Made by a program: the position numbers and the translations under genes
Shown: positions 9,412 through 20,476 of the stretch, piece by piece
How positions within the stretch are numbered: the stretch's first letter is position 1
Layout: each line of letters opens with the position of its first letter
Notes under the pieces: generated by a model
What the model saw: the letters and a program-made list of their open reading frames with translations, nothing else
Told to the model about the DNA's origin: nothing
Database searches by the model: none
NCBI GenBank assembly: GCA_963816145.1
Contig: CAWFJP010000031.1
Location: 1 to 64,000, forward strand
Origin: an uncultured delta proteobacterium
Lineage (GTDB): Bacteria; Desulfobacterota; Binatia; UBA9968
DNA length: 64,000 bases
Direction of reading: 5' to 3'

Positions 9412-10745
9412 AACAGCTCGACCATAGTTACCTCTGGCATCCATTCACGCAGATGCAGGAGTGGATGAACGAGGATCCGGTGATCATCAGCCGCGGCGAC
9501 GGCCATTACTTGGTCGACGATCATGGCCGGAAATATTTGGACGGCGTGTCGTCGCTGTGGTGCAACGTCCACGGCCACCGCAAGCAAGAGTTGGACGACG
9601 CGCTCAAGGAACAGATCGATCGCATGGCCCATTCGACCTTTCTGGGATTGAGCCATGTGCCGGGCATTCAATTGGCTCAGAAGCTGATCGAGATCGCCCC
9701 CAAGGGGTTGCAACGGGTTTTTTATTCCGACAGCGGCGCCACCGCGGTGGAGATCGCCATGAAGATGGCGGTGCAATACTGGCAGCTCAAAGGCGACACA
9801 GAGCGGGTAAGAATCGCTACGCTGGCGGAGTCCTACCATGGCGACACGGTGGGATCCATGAGTCTGGGCTACTCGGAAACTTTTCATCGTTATCACAAAA
9901 GCCTGTTGTTTCCGGTGCTACGAATCACGCCGCCGCATGTGTTTCGCTATTATCAGGGCATGAGCGAAGCTGAAGCTCTCGCTGCGGCGATCAACGACGC
10001 AACGGAAAAACTCGCGGAGCATGGGGAAAATTTAGCTGCGGTGGTGATGGAGCCGCTCATGCAGGGGGCGGCGGGGATGTGGGCGCAGCCGCTGGAGTAT
10101 CTACGGGCGTTGCAGGATCTCTGCCGGAGCCACGGCATTCTCTTCATTCTCGACGAGGTTGCCACCGGTTTCGGCCGCACCGGAAAGATGTTCGCCTGCA
10201 ACCACGCCGGGGTGACGCCGGACATACTTTGTCTTGCCAAAGGCATCACCGGCGGATATTTACCGCTGGCGGCGACGCTCACCACGGAGGAGGTCTTCGC
10301 GGCGTTTCTCGGCGAGTACAAGGAATTCAAAACCTTCTTCCATGGCCATACCTACACCGGCAACCCGCTCGGCTGCGCGGTGGCCATCGCCAATCTCGAA
10401 CTGTTCGCCAAAGAAGATATCGTCGAAAAAATGCCGCCGCGAGTGGCTCTGTTGCAGCAGCGATTGCGCGAAGAGTTTTTGCCGCTGGCTCATGTCAGTG
10501 ATGTCCGGCAGTGGGGGTATATGATTGGCATCGAGCTCGTCCAGGACAAGGCGAGCCGGCAGAGTTACCCGCCGGAGAAACGGGTCGGTCATCAAGTCAT
10601 CCTCGAAGCGCGCAAACGCAGCGTGATGATCCGGCCGCTGGGCGACGTCATCATACTCATGCCGCCTCTAAGTATCACCGACGGCGAGTTGGCGACCTTG
10701 CTCGATGTCGTGCACGACTGCATCGTCACGGTGACGGGAAACTAG
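9387..10745 (+). CDS. bioA: Adenosylmethionine-8-amino-7-oxononanoate aminotransferase
   Basis: [42 protein letters not shown]. Confidence 0.93.
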   Translation: MATYHDKLKQLDHSYLWHPFTQMQEWMNEDPVIISRGDGHYLVDDHGRKYLDGVSSLWCNVHGHRKQELDDALKEQIDRMAHSTFLGLSHVPGIQLAQKLIEIAPKGLQRVFYSDSGATAVEIAMKMAVQYWQLKGDTERVRIATLAESYHGDTVGSMSLGYSETFHRYHKSLLFPVLRITPPHVFRYYQGMSEAEALAAAINDATEKLAEHGENLAAVVMEPLMQGAAGMWAQPLEYLRALQDLCRSHGILFILDEVATGFGRTGKMFACNHAGVTPDILCLAKGITGGYLPLAATLTTEEVFAAFLGEYKEFKTFFHGHTYTGNPLGCAVAIANLELFAKEDIVEKMPPRVALLQQRLREEFLPLAHVSDVRQWGYMIGIELVQDKASRQSYPPEKRVGHQVILEARKRSVMIRPLGDVIILMPPLSITDGELATLLDVVHDCIVTVTGN

Positions 10746-11450
10746 ATGGGCCAAGCCGTCTTTATCACCGGCACCGACACCGGCGTCGGCAAAACCTTTT
10801 TCGCCTGCGGCTTGGCGCGGTGGTTGAAGTCTTACGGCTACAGCGTCGGCGTCATGAAGCCGGTGGAAACCGGCTGTGCCATGCGCGATGGCGCGCTTTA
10901 CCCAGGGGACGCGTGGAGTCTAAAGGAAGCATCGGGTTGCGCCGAAACGATCGAGCGAATTTGTCCGTACCGTTTGCCCGAACCCCTGGCGCCAAGTATC
11001 GCCGCGGAGCGCGCCGGGGTGCGAATCGACATCGATCGAATGCTCGCGGTGCTCGATGAGATCAAGGGCGCGCATGACATTACGTTAGTCGAAGGCGCCG
11101 GCGGGCTGATGGTGCCGCTAGTGCCGAGCTATACCTTCGCCGATTTCGCTCGCGTCGCCAAACTGCCGGTGATAGTCGTGGCGGCAAACAAGTTGGGCGT
11201 TATCAACCATCTGTTGCTCACCTTGGAGCATGCCAGTTGCAAGGGCCTGACCGTTCTTGGCTATGTCCTGAATAGCATCTCTAATGAGCCATCGCTCGCG
11301 GCGGAAACCAATCGCGAGGTCTTACTGGGTCTCACCGGCGTGTCTTGTCTCGGCGAGCTGCCGTTCCAGGAGACTGCTACCGATGTTTCCGGTGCAGTCG
11401 AGTCGGAACTGGATCTTCGAGCCATCAATTTGTTATTGGAGAGAATATGA
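10746..11450 (+). CDS. bioD: Dethiobiotin synthase
   Basis: FITGTDTGVGKT, KPVETG, VEGAGG, LGVINH. Confidence 0.94.
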   Translation: MGQAVFITGTDTGVGKTFFACGLARWLKSYGYSVGVMKPVETGCAMRDGALYPGDAWSLKEASGCAETIERICPYRLPEPLAPSIAAERAGVRIDIDRMLAVLDEIKGAHDITLVEGAGGLMVPLVPSYTFADFARVAKLPVIVVAANKLGVINHLLLTLEHASCKGLTVLGYVLNSISNEPSLAAETNREVLLGLTGVSCLGELPFQETATDVSGAVESELDLRAINLLLERI

Positions 11451-12406
11451 AAAGTGCAACCGCTATTTTAGCCCTGATGGTTTTGACGCTGCCGTGGGCG
11501 CCGCTGAGCGCTGCCGACAAAGTGATTATCTCTTACAGCAGCCGCAGCTATGCATTCCTGCCGGCGCAGATCGCTGTGGTCAAAGGGTTTTTTAAGGACG
11601 AAAACCTCGAGCCCTTGCTGATTCAAATGCGCAGCCAAGTGACGGTGCCGGCGCTGCTCAGCGGCGAGGTGCATTACACGCTCAGCTTCGGCAACATCAT
11701 CGGCAGCGCCATGGCGGGCCTGCCATTCAAAATCCTCGCCGTGTTGACCGACAAGCCGCTGCATAGTCTGGTCGCTCGCCCGGACATCAAAACCATTGCC
11801 GAGCTGCGCGGCAAACGCATCGGCTCGCAACGCATCGGCGGCTCGGATCAACTGGCGGCGGAGGCGATACTCCAGGCCAAGGGCATCGATGTTAAGGATG
11901 TCCAATTTATCACCCTGGGCGGCGACGAACCGGTGCGGGTGGAGATGCTGCGCAAGAATCTGGTCGACGCTATTTGCACCGTGCCGCCGGGTCCGGTGCG
12001 CTTGGCGCGCGAGGGCTACAATGTTCTCGGCGGGCCAAAGGACTTGAAGATCGGCAACCCGATCTCGGCGGTGGCGGCGACCGATACGCGTTTGAAGATG
12101 CAGCGGGAAGAGACCAAAAAAGTTCTGCGCGCGGTGCTGCGCGGCCTGCGCGCCATGCATGAGCGGCGCGACGACACCATTGCGATCATGAGCAAGTGGT
12201 TGAGTCAAAGCGCCGATGTCGCGCGCGATTCCTACGATTCGATCCTGCCCTCATTCAGCCTCGACGGCGGCACCGTCGACAAGACCTATGAGTTCGCCAT
12301 CGAATCGCGCAAAGCCACCGTGCGCGCGGACAAAGCGATCCCGCTCTCACAGGTGCGCGACCTGTCGCTGTTGCGCGAAGTGCAAAAAGAATTGCGCTTG
12401 CAATGA
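11447..12406 (+). CDS. ABC-type substrate-binding protein (NitT/TauT/SsuA-like)
   Basis: Signal peptide MKSATAILAL; GFFKDENLE and IAELRGKRIG; ATG overlaps the bioD stop. Confidence 0.8.
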   Translation: MKSATAILALMVLTLPWAPLSAADKVIISYSSRSYAFLPAQIAVVKGFFKDENLEPLLIQMRSQVTVPALLSGEVHYTLSFGNIIGSAMAGLPFKILAVLTDKPLHSLVARPDIKTIAELRGKRIGSQRIGGSDQLAAEAILQAKGIDVKDVQFITLGGDEPVRVEMLRKNLVDAICTVPPGPVRLAREGYNVLGGPKDLKIGNPISAVAATDTRLKMQREETKKVLRAVLRGLRAMHERRDDTIAIMSKWLSQSADVARDSYDSILPSFSLDGGTVDKTYEFAIESRKATVRADKAIPLSQVRDLSLLREVQKELRLQ

Positions 12407-12485
12407 GCCCAATGGGCTCGTCCGAACTACGGTTTTTGTCTTTTTCCTTCGCCCATTGAGTCAGGCACAAGTCTGTCGCCTAAAA

Positions 12486-12556
12486 GAGATTTCTCGCTGC
12501 GCTCGAAATGACAGCGGAATAGTCGAATTGTCATCTCGAACGGAGTGAGAGATCTC
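12486..12556. repeat. REP-like inverted repeat pair
   Basis: gagatttctcgctgcgctcgaaatgaca ... tgtcatctcgaacggagtgagagatctc imperfect palindrome. Confidence 0.7.
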
Positions 12557-12790
12557 GGCTTAACTGGACCTCTACAATATTTCCATTGCGTTGATGCTAA
12601 GGCGTGCCGTTTGGCGCGGCGGGGCGCCGTCGGCGCATGACTCATAACGTTGCCGTTGAAGGTTTGCACCAAACCGGCGGAGCAAAACCGGGCAAAGCCC
12701 AAAACCGGCGGGAAGCCAAGCGGTTAAAGGCGGGTTGAGGCTGCGTTTCGGACTCGCCGCGGCGACAACTCGATGCTTTGGGATGGCGAA

Positions 12791-12819
12791 TTAACATAAA
12801 ATTTACATGGTTGTAACAA
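12791..12819 (+). promoter_or_regulatory. Putative Pho box (three direct repeats at 11-bp period) upstream of ppk1
   Basis: TTAACAT (12791), TTTACAT (12802), GTAACAA (12813). Confidence 0.6.
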
Positions 12820-12914
12820 AGTCTGGGCTTGTTAAAATTAGACGTCTCCGAGCTAATAGTCGAAGCCTAGGTTTTAGCCCGTCCCCGGCACATCGGCTTT
12901 CGGAGTGAATCAGG

Positions 12915-15004
12915 ATGGATGCGAATACCTATATCAATCGTGAATTGTCGTGGTTGGAGTTCAACCGGCGCGTGCTCGAAGAAGCCAAGGATGAGAGCGT
13001 GCCGCTGTTGGAGCGGGTGAAGTTTCTGGCGATTTTCAGTGCCAATCTCGATGAATTCTTTATGGTGCGGGTGGCCGGCTCAAAGCCATGTTGTTCGAGG
13101 GAGATAACCGCAGCGATCCCGACGGTCTCGCGCCGGCGGAAACCTTGACGGCAATTTCGGCGCGAGTGCACGAATTGGCCGCGGAACAACATCTATGTTT
13201 TCTCAACACCCTCATGCCGCGGTTGAGCGCCGAAGGAATTCATCTGGTTCGACCCGAAGAGATGAGCGGCGAGCAAGAGCGTTTTCTCGAAGAGTATTTT
13301 CTGCGCGTGCTCTATCCGATAGTTACGCCGCTGGCGATCGATCCGGCGCATCCGTTTCCTTATTTGGCCAATCGCTCGCTTGGTTTGGTGGTCTCGTTGC
13401 GGCCGATTCTGGCGTCACGCCTGCCCCATACCGATCTTTCCATCGTTAACATTCCGACCCACGTGGCGCCGCGTTTCATCCCTTTGCCGGCGCGTGAAGG
13501 ACAACATGCCTTTATGCTGCTGGAAGATACCTTGCATCACTATTTACCGCGCCTTTATCACGGCTTCGAAATTGGATCTTGTCACGCCATTCGGGTGACC
13601 CGGGACGCGGATTTCCTGGTTTCGCGCCGGCGCGACGAGGACCTCATGATGACCATCGAAAAAGGAGTTCGCGAGCGGCGCATGGGCGATGCGGTACGGT
13701 TGCAATACGACCCCGACCTGCCGGTCGAGACCGTCAATCAGTTGGTTGAGCAGCTGGAGCTCACGCCTGAAGATCTCTACCCGGGAAAAGGCTTCACCGC
13801 GTTTACCGATTTGTTTCAGTTATACGGTGCCGTGAACCTGCCGCGGCTCAAGGATCGGCCGCATCCACCGTTACCGGTGCCCGCGTTTGAACGCGCGCCC
13901 GATATCTGGAGCGCGATTCGCAGCGGTGATGTCCTGGCGTTTCACCCGTATCATTCCTTCGACGCGGTGGTGCGCTTCGTCGAGGAAGCGGCCAAGGACC
14001 CCAAGGTTTTGGCGATTAAGATGACGTTGTATCGTGTCAGTCCAGCCTCGCCGATCGCCCAAGCGCTGGCGCGGGCGGCTGAAGCGGGTAAAGAAGTGTC
14101 GGTGCTCGTCGAGTTGCAAGCGCGCTTCGACGAGGAGGCCAATATCACCTGGGCGCGCGCCCTGGAAGAAGTCGGCGCCCACGTTGTTTACGGGTTAGTC
14201 GGTTTTAAGACCCACTGTAAAATCTGTTTGGTGGTACGCCAGGAAACCGATGGCATTCGCCGTTATTGCCATCTCGCCACGGGAAATTACAACGTCAGGA
14301 CCGCCGGTGTTTATAGCGATCTCGGTTTGTTCACTTGCCGCGAAACCTTCGGCCAGGATCTAACCGAGCTATTCAATTTGTTGACTGGATACACGCGGCC
14401 GCAAAAATTCAACCATTTGATATTGGCGCCGATCGGATTGCGCGAGTTTTTCATCACCAGCATACGCCGCGAGGCGGATCATGCGCGGGCCGGGCACCCG
14501 GCGCGGATCATCGCCAAAATAAACAGTCTGGTCGATCCGTCGGTGATCGACGAACTCTACCTTGCGAGCCAAGCCGGGGTCGAGATCGATCTTATTGTCC
14601 GGGGGATGTGCAGCCTGCGGCCCGGTTTGCCGGGGATATCGGAGCGCATCCGGGTATTCTCCATCATCGACCGCTATCTCGAGCATGCGCGGATCTTCTA
14701 TTTCCACAACCACGGCAAGCCGGAATACCTACTGGCGTCGGCCGACTGGATGCAGCGCAACTTCGATCGCCGAATCGAAATCGCCTTCCCGGTGCTGGAG
14801 GGGCAGCATCAGGCTAAGCTCAGAGAAATCTTGGAAACCCAGCTAGCCGATCGTGTGAAAGGCTGGCGCATTCAGTCCGACGGCAGCTCGCTTCGGATGC
14901 GCACGGAAGGCGCGGACTCGACGCGCTCGCAAGAACGGCTTTATGAGATCATGGGCAGCGAGCGAAACGGTTCGGCGCCTCGAACGACTCACGACTTCGG
15001 TTGA
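12915..15004 (+). CDS. ppk1: Polyphosphate kinase 1 (frameshift near 13080)
   Basis: [28 protein letters not shown], then [42 protein letters not shown]. Confidence 0.94.
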
Positions 15005-15172
15005 TGACGGCCCGGCTGTTTTGGTTCGGAAATTGTTGGTAGGCGAACGAGAGCGTGACGGCTCGGTAACGCCGTCGACCACTCGGTGCCGCCGGCAATT
15101 TTCAATAGTGATTGACGTGGCAGTGATTAGCTTGTCCTGTCTGTTTGGTTAACAGGAAGCGTCTTGGCTTAA

Positions 15173-16435
15173 CTACTGGGTCACGTTCTCCGCGCTGAAT
15201 TTCCTTAGCCTTGGCATGCCGATCCAATATCCTAAAGTTAACAACGTGCCGACGGCGCAGCCGAACAGCAGCGATCCGGGCGCGCCAATGAGTGCGGCCA
15301 TAAAACCCACCTCCGTCGCGCCGACGCTATTGGCGCCTTGAGAAAACATCTGAAACACGGCGAATGCGCGTCCGCGTACCTGCTGCGGCGTGAGCAGGTG
15401 AAATGAAGTCTGGCGCATGACCGCTTGGAGCGAGTTCGATAGGCCCATGACGCCGAGAAGCACAAGTGAAATCCATAAGTGCACTGAGAGGGCGAAAGCG
15501 CCAAGCGCCAAGGCGTAGGCGAGAAACGACCAAAGGGCGAGCATTCCTTTGCTTCTTATGTCGCGAATGACGAGCAAAGTGACGGTGCCGATCATGCCGC
15601 CGACCGCCGGCGCGGAAGACAGCATGCCGAAGCCGGCGGGACCGACCAGCAGAATATCTTTGGCGAAGATCGGCAAGAGCGGCCGGTAATAGCCAACGCC
15701 GACGATGACGAAATCGAGCAGCACCATGGCGAGCACGACTGGTTCCGAGAACAAAAATTTCACGCCGCCGAGCAGGCTGGCAAGGGCAAGCTTCTCCCGG
15801 CTGGGTCCGGCGCTGGCCGGGATTGTCAGCGAGACGATGGCGAAGACGGCGGGCAGGTAGAAGAGCGCGTTGAATAGATAAGCGTTGCCGGTGCTCATCC
15901 AAGCCAAGCTCAAGCCGCCGAGCATGGGGCCGATAAAATGCGAACCTTGGGAGATCGCGGAGTTGAGCGATACGGCGTTGGTTAAATGAGTTCGCGGCAC
16001 CACGTAGGAGATCAGCGACATGCGCGTCGGATTGAGCACGATGTTGAGCGCCGATGTGATCGCCGTTCCGGCCTGGATATGCCAGACTTGAATCAGTCCA
16101 GTTAGGGTCAGCATACCGAGGGTAGCTGCAACTAAGAGATTTCCCAATGTCGTTAGTAGGATCAGTTTCTTGCGGTCGACAAAATCGGCCAAAGTGCCGC
16201 CGAAGAGTCCGAAGACAAAGATCGGCACGCCCTGGGCGACGCCGGTAAGCCCCAACTGAAACGCCGATCCGGAGATCTCGTAGACCTGGTAGAAGTTCTG
16301 TGTCTGGCGCATCTGCTGCGCCGTGGTCGCGCATAGCGAGAGCAGGAACAGCAGACTGTAGTCGCGGTAGCGCAGCGACGCCCAGGGCGATAGGCGCGCC
16401 GCCGGGTGCTGAGTTGGTGTGGTATCTTCCGACAT
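15173..16435 (-). CDS. MFS transporter (MFS_3/EntS-like)
   Basis: Multi-TM pattern, GGTLADFVDRKK motif A, QVRGRA. Confidence 0.85.
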   Translation of the reverse strand: MSEDTTPTQHPAARLSPWASLRYRDYSLLFLLSLCATTAQQMRQTQNFYQVYEISGSAFQLGLTGVAQGVPIFVFGLFGGTLADFVDRKKLILLTTLGNLLVAATLGMLTLTGLIQVWHIQAGTAITSALNIVLNPTRMSLISYVVPRTHLTNAVSLNSAISQGSHFIGPMLGGLSLAWMSTGNAYLFNALFYLPAVFAIVSLTIPASAGPSREKLALASLLGGVKFLFSEPVVLAMVLLDFVIVGVGYYRPLLPIFAKDILLVGPAGFGMLSSAPAVGGMIGTVTLLVIRDIRSKGMLALWSFLAYALALGAFALSVHLWISLVLLGVMGLSNSLQAVMRQTSFHLLTPQQVRGRAFAVFQMFSQGANSVGATEVGFMAALIGAPGSLLFGCAVGTLLTLGYWIGMPRLRKFSAENVTQ

Positions 16436-16459
16436 GTTGCAGGCTCGACGAAGTCTAGG

Positions 16460-17621
16460 CTATTTGAGCCGCCGCATCACTTCGTCATGAATGGTTCTGA
16501 GCGTGGTGCGTTTGGCTATGGCGATGCGTTTCAAGTCGTCGTATTCCGGAGCGGCGCGTTCGGTGCCGTCGGGTTGGGTGACGATCTTGATCGTCACCTC
16601 GCCATAACGGGTTTTGACGGTCTTCGACTCTCGTCTCAACAAGATCCGGTTCACGGCATAGTAGCGCACGCCGATGCTGCTGGTCTCCTGCAAGATGATC
16701 GCGGCGAGCCGATCGCGCATGAGAGGGTTCACAGATGGCGGTGAGCAGCGTTGCGGGGCGATTTTTCTTCATCTGGATCGGCGCGAGAAAGACATCGCGG
16801 GCGCCGGCGGCGAACAGTCGCTCCATGACATGATCGAAGTGCTGCGGGTTCATGTCGTCGATGTTGGTTTCGATGACCAGCATCTCTTCTTGTTGCAGGT
16901 TGGGAGCGCTTTCGCCGATGATCAAGCGAAAAAGATTAGGCCGGTTGGGAAATTCTTTCTGCCCCGTACCGTAGCCGATCTTATCGATGGTCATGCTCGG
17001 CTGATCGCCGAAACTGCTTCCCAACGTTTCTAATATAGCCGCGCCGGTGGGGGTCACTGTTTCACTTTCCAGGTCGATGCCGAAGGTGGGCAGACCTTTC
17101 AAAAGTTCGAGCGTCGCTGGTCCCGGCACGGGCAGCGGGCCATGCTGGGAACGGATTATGCCGCGGCCGAGTGGGATTTTAGAAAAATGCAGCTTATCTA
17201 TTCCCAATTCCTCTACGCCAACCGCGGCGGCGACGATATCGACGATGGAATCGGTGGCGCCGACTTCATGAAAATGCACATGCTCGACGGCGACTCCATG
17301 AATCTTCGCTTCCGCTTGGGCGAGTCGGGTAAAGATATCGATGGCACTTGCTTTAATCGAAGCGCTTAATTTACTGCGTTCGATCAGTCGGTGAATTTGT
17401 CGCCAAGAGCGCGGCGCTTCCTGGCGCGGACAGATGACCTGGAACTGCGTAGCACGAACGGCGTGGACCGACTTTTTCGATGTCTTGAGAGCGAACTTTA
17501 GCGTTGGAAGCTTTTTCAGTTCCGCTTTGAGTTTCCCCAGCGGTAAACCGAGATCGAGCAGCGCGGCAACAAACATATCGCCACTGATGCCGCCGATGAG
17601 GTCTCCGTAAGCGATTCGCAT
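16460..17621 (-). CDS. larC: Nickel pincer cofactor biosynthesis protein LarC (frameshift near 16725)
   Basis: GISGDM, HFHEVGATDSIVDI, HGPLPVPGPAT, TPTGAA, ETNIDDM, MKKNRP; C-terminal ETSSIGVR..APEYDD in a second frame. Confidence 0.9.
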
Positions 17622-17624
17622 AAC

Positions 17625-17691
17625 GTGTTCGTGGCTCGTGCTCGTGGCTCGGATTCCGGACGATCACGAACCACGAACTCGATCACGACTC
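17625..17691. repeat. Short palindromic repeat (TCGTG / CACGA units)
   Basis: ttcgtggctcgtgctcgtgg ... cacgaaccacgaactcgatcacga between co-directional genes. Confidence 0.55.
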
Positions 17692-18903
17692 TTACCAATC
17701 CCGATGCACTTCCTGGCCGCCGGTTTCGATGCGGATAATCTCCGACTTGAACGGTATGTCGTGCAAGGTGTCGATCAGCCAGTTAATCACTAGCGGGCGC
17801 GCTTTGGGATTGCGGATCGAGTGACGCTCGCCTTCAAAGACGTAGAGCAGCTTCGGTGCCGGGCACTCGCCCATGAGCTGGTAGACGAACTTCATGTCGC
17901 AGTGCTCGTCGTCTTCGCCGGCGACGACCATGTAGGGGCAGGTGATCTTTGCGGTAACGCCTTCGAGCGACAGGGTTTTGCAGAACTCGTCGAAGGCGGC
18001 CTCGTCGTCGTAGCCGGACATGTACATGTAGTTCAACTTGAACGTCGGCGACGACATGTTGAATATCGCGAACTGGCCCGGCTCCATGCAGACGCCGCTG
18101 ACGGCGCAGGCTTTGAAGCGTTTCTCGGCGGCGACCACCCGCGGCGCCCAGTAGGAGCCCATGCTCGACGCCATGACGCCGAGACGGTCGGCGTCGATCT
18201 CGGGGCGTTTGACCAGATAGTCAGCGACTAACCTGCCGACATCTTCGACGTTGGACGCGGTGCATTTGATGCCGCCTTCGCGAGTCTCGCCGTGACCGGG
18301 GCAATCGACGGATAAGAGCGCAAAGCCGCGCTCGATGAACGGATCGCCGCTGGCCGGGTGATCTTCTTTGACGCCGTCCATGCCGGGGATGTACATGACG
18401 CAGGGGACTTTTTCGCCGGCCTTGCGGCCGGGCGGGAGATGCAGGAGCGCCTGCACTTTCTTGCCGTCATAGGGCAGTTCGACGCGCTCGATCGGTCTTC
18501 CCGCGTACTGAATAAACTTGTCGTAAGTGGCTCGCTTGCGTTCCTGCCAATGGATGCGGTCGCGGTTGCCGTCTTCGTAAATCGCCCACATGGCGTTGGT
18601 GTAGAAACAGGCGGCGATATAGTAGTGGTCGCGCGCCTCAGTGAAATTGCCGGCAGCTTCGGCTCGGCTGCCTTGTTCTTCGCGGCGCGCCGCCGCTTGG
18701 GAGAATTCGCGCGGGATATCGACGAATTTTTTGATGCGACTGCATACTTCGTGCAAATCTTTCTCGACGCCGGGGCCGCAGTTGCGGATGATTTTCCCGG
18801 TGCGCCCCTGGTCCCAGTCGATGCCGCGGGTTTGAATCACTTGATCCAAGATCCAGCGCTGCTCGCGCCAGCGTTTCATTTTTCTTTCGGTTTCTATGCG
18901 CAT
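17692..18903 (-). CDS. Alpha/beta hydrolase (2,6-dihydropseudooxynicotine hydrolase/FrsA-like)
   Basis: PGMDGVKE, DCPGHGE, nucleophile ASSMG, GEDD, C-terminal His. Confidence 0.78.
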   Translation of the reverse strand: MRIETERKMKRWREQRWILDQVIQTRGIDWDQGRTGKIIRNCGPGVEKDLHEVCSRIKKFVDIPREFSQAAARREEQGSRAEAAGNFTEARDHYYIAACFYTNAMWAIYEDGNRDRIHWQERKRATYDKFIQYAGRPIERVELPYDGKKVQALLHLPPGRKAGEKVPCVMYIPGMDGVKEDHPASGDPFIERGFALLSVDCPGHGETREGGIKCTASNVEDVGRLVADYLVKRPEIDADRLGVMASSMGSYWAPRVVAAEKRFKACAVSGVCMEPGQFAIFNMSSPTFKLNYMYMSGYDDEAAFDEFCKTLSLEGVTAKITCPYMVVAGEDDEHCDMKFVYQLMGECPAPKLLYVFEGERHSIRNPKARPLVINWLIDTLHDIPFKSEIIRIETGGQEVHRDW

Positions 18904-18955
18904 GGTTCGTCTTTCCTTAGTTGGTCATTTGGACCGGCAATGAGAAACAAGATTT

Positions 18956-19037
18956 TCACCACGAAGGACACGAAGATCACGAAGGTCGGAGTTTAAATTG
19001 TCCGAACCCTTCGTGTCCTTCGTGATCTTCGTGGTGA
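18956..19037. repeat. Palindromic element of 9-bp CACGAAGnn units
   Basis: tcaccacgaaggacacgaagatcacgaagg ... ccttcgtgtccttcgtgatcttcgtggtga. Confidence 0.75.
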
Positions 19038-19070
19038 GTAAGTATTTTGTCATTGTGCGCCGCAACGCAG

Positions 19071-20063
19071 TTATTTTGGCCGGACGAAGCGGTCGTCGAC
19101 GAATTTTCGCAAGTCGGCATTCCTTAACTGCGGCGTGGTTTCCAATAGGCTGTCGCGCACCGCTTCCAGCCCTTTGAGCCCAGGATAGGGCGGATTGGAA
19201 ATCGCCGCGTCGTATTCTTTGTAGCCGCCTTCGAGGGTGCGATCGTCGGCACGCAGGTATTTTCTAAGAATTCTCAACGCGGCGCGGCTGTCTTCTTTGT
19301 ATACTCTAGCGCCGTCGCTGAGTGAAGCCATGTAGGCGCGCGCGACTTCGGGCTGGCTCTGCACGAACGAACGTTTGGCGGCGATGCCGGAGAAGGTGAA
19401 TTCTCGGCCGAGATCAGGGATATGCAAGAGCGCGCGATAGCCCAAGTCGCGGGCGGCAGTCGATGTGGGCGGTGAAAGGATGCCGGCTTGCACCGCGCCG
19501 GCGCGCATGGCGGCGAGGATTTCGGGGATGCCGCCCAGTGCGATCATGGTTACGTCTTTTGGATTGACGCCGAACTGTTCCAGCGCCATACGCGCGGCGA
19601 GATCGCTGGCCGAGCCGATACGCGTGATGCCGATCTTCTTGCCTTTGAGCTCGGTGCCTTTGGCGATGCCGGACTCGGCGAGCAGGGTAAAGACCATTTG
19701 ATGGGTGGTGGTGCCGATCCAGACGAAGTCGGCGCCCTGAACCCAAGCGGTCAGCATCGGCGCCGGCGACAGATGGCCGAATTGAATCTCGCCGGCGAGC
19801 AGCGCCTGGACCGCCGTGGAACCGCCGCGAATGTAGATCAGATTCGAGTCCAAGCCATGTTTGCGAAAATAGCCGTCTTCGTGAGTGAGCCAAAGCGTGC
19901 CGATGCCGGCCGAGAGAGCGCTATAGGCGGTGCGCACCGGGGTTAGTTTCGTTTGAGCTTTGACCTCGGCGCGAATTAGCAAAAGATTTAGAAGGCAAAC
20001 AGCAAAACAAAGCCAGCGAAATGGTGATTGCTTCGTCAGCAAATGCAATTTTCTTAGATTCAT
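19071..20063 (-). CDS. ABC-type substrate-binding protein (NitT/TauT-like)
   Basis: Signal peptide; GYFRKHGLD, AVQALLAGEI, ELKGKKIGITRIGS. Confidence 0.82.
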   Translation of the reverse strand: MNLRKLHLLTKQSPFRWLCFAVCLLNLLLIRAEVKAQTKLTPVRTAYSALSAGIGTLWLTHEDGYFRKHGLDSNLIYIRGGSTAVQALLAGEIQFGHLSPAPMLTAWVQGADFVWIGTTTHQMVFTLLAESGIAKGTELKGKKIGITRIGSASDLAARMALEQFGVNPKDVTMIALGGIPEILAAMRAGAVQAGILSPPTSTAARDLGYRALLHIPDLGREFTFSGIAAKRSFVQSQPEVARAYMASLSDGARVYKEDSRAALRILRKYLRADDRTLEGGYKEYDAAISNPPYPGLKGLEAVRDSLLETTPQLRNADLRKFVDDRFVRPK

Positions 20064-20283
20064 TTCGTGATTGGTCGCAGGGTTTACTCAGTCAATCAAC
20101 CGCGCCTCGTAGACGCCGTCGACTGTAGACAAATTGATTCTGGATGGCAACTACGCATGTCTCAGCTGTTCTTTTTCATACCATGTCATGACCAGGTTGC
20201 CATTCACCCTGGCAGAGGTAGTTTGCGACCACACGCGTTTACTCAACTCTCTCTTGGCAGAACCCCTGTGATTCCAGTAAAGT
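19927..20283. repeat. Copy 1 of a duplicated segment (binding-protein 5' end plus promoter region)
   Basis: Alignable by eye to 21667-21995; 20111-20153 identical to 21852-21894. Confidence 0.85.
20122..20150 (-). promoter_or_regulatory. Putative sigma70 promoter for the binding-protein gene
   Basis: Minus strand TTGCCA-N17-TACAGT inside the perfectly conserved 43-bp core. Confidence 0.55.
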
Positions 20284-20476
20284 GACGGAAATTTTAGCCG
20301 AGTTGTTGCCGCTCAGTTAAGCGTCTTGAACGAAGCGCAGCGATTTGCAACCCGGCGCTGTTAATAGCGGCGCCGGTTCGATGTTGCGATCATGTGCAGT
20401 ACAAAGATCCTAAGAATGATGACAAAGTTCATACTCGCTAAGAGTGCTGGGACGTATGACGCTAAGGAGATTGGGT

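Noticed and set aside
12660-12770. AAACCGGCGG repeats and GGCAAAGCCC as a possible c-di-GMP riboswitch or ncRNA
   Set aside because: Could not fit the two-hairpin consensus by eye; an Rfam/Infernal search would be needed.
7990-13100. radA and ppk1 as true pseudogenes
   Set aside because: Each has a single indel with all motifs intact; probably an assembly artefact, needs read confirmation.
16715-16735. larC frameshift as a programmed ribosomal frameshift (known for larC in Lactobacillus plantarum)
   Set aside because: No obvious slippery run at the site, and similar single-base shifts occur in radA, ppk1 and rhuM, so sequencing error is more parsimonious.
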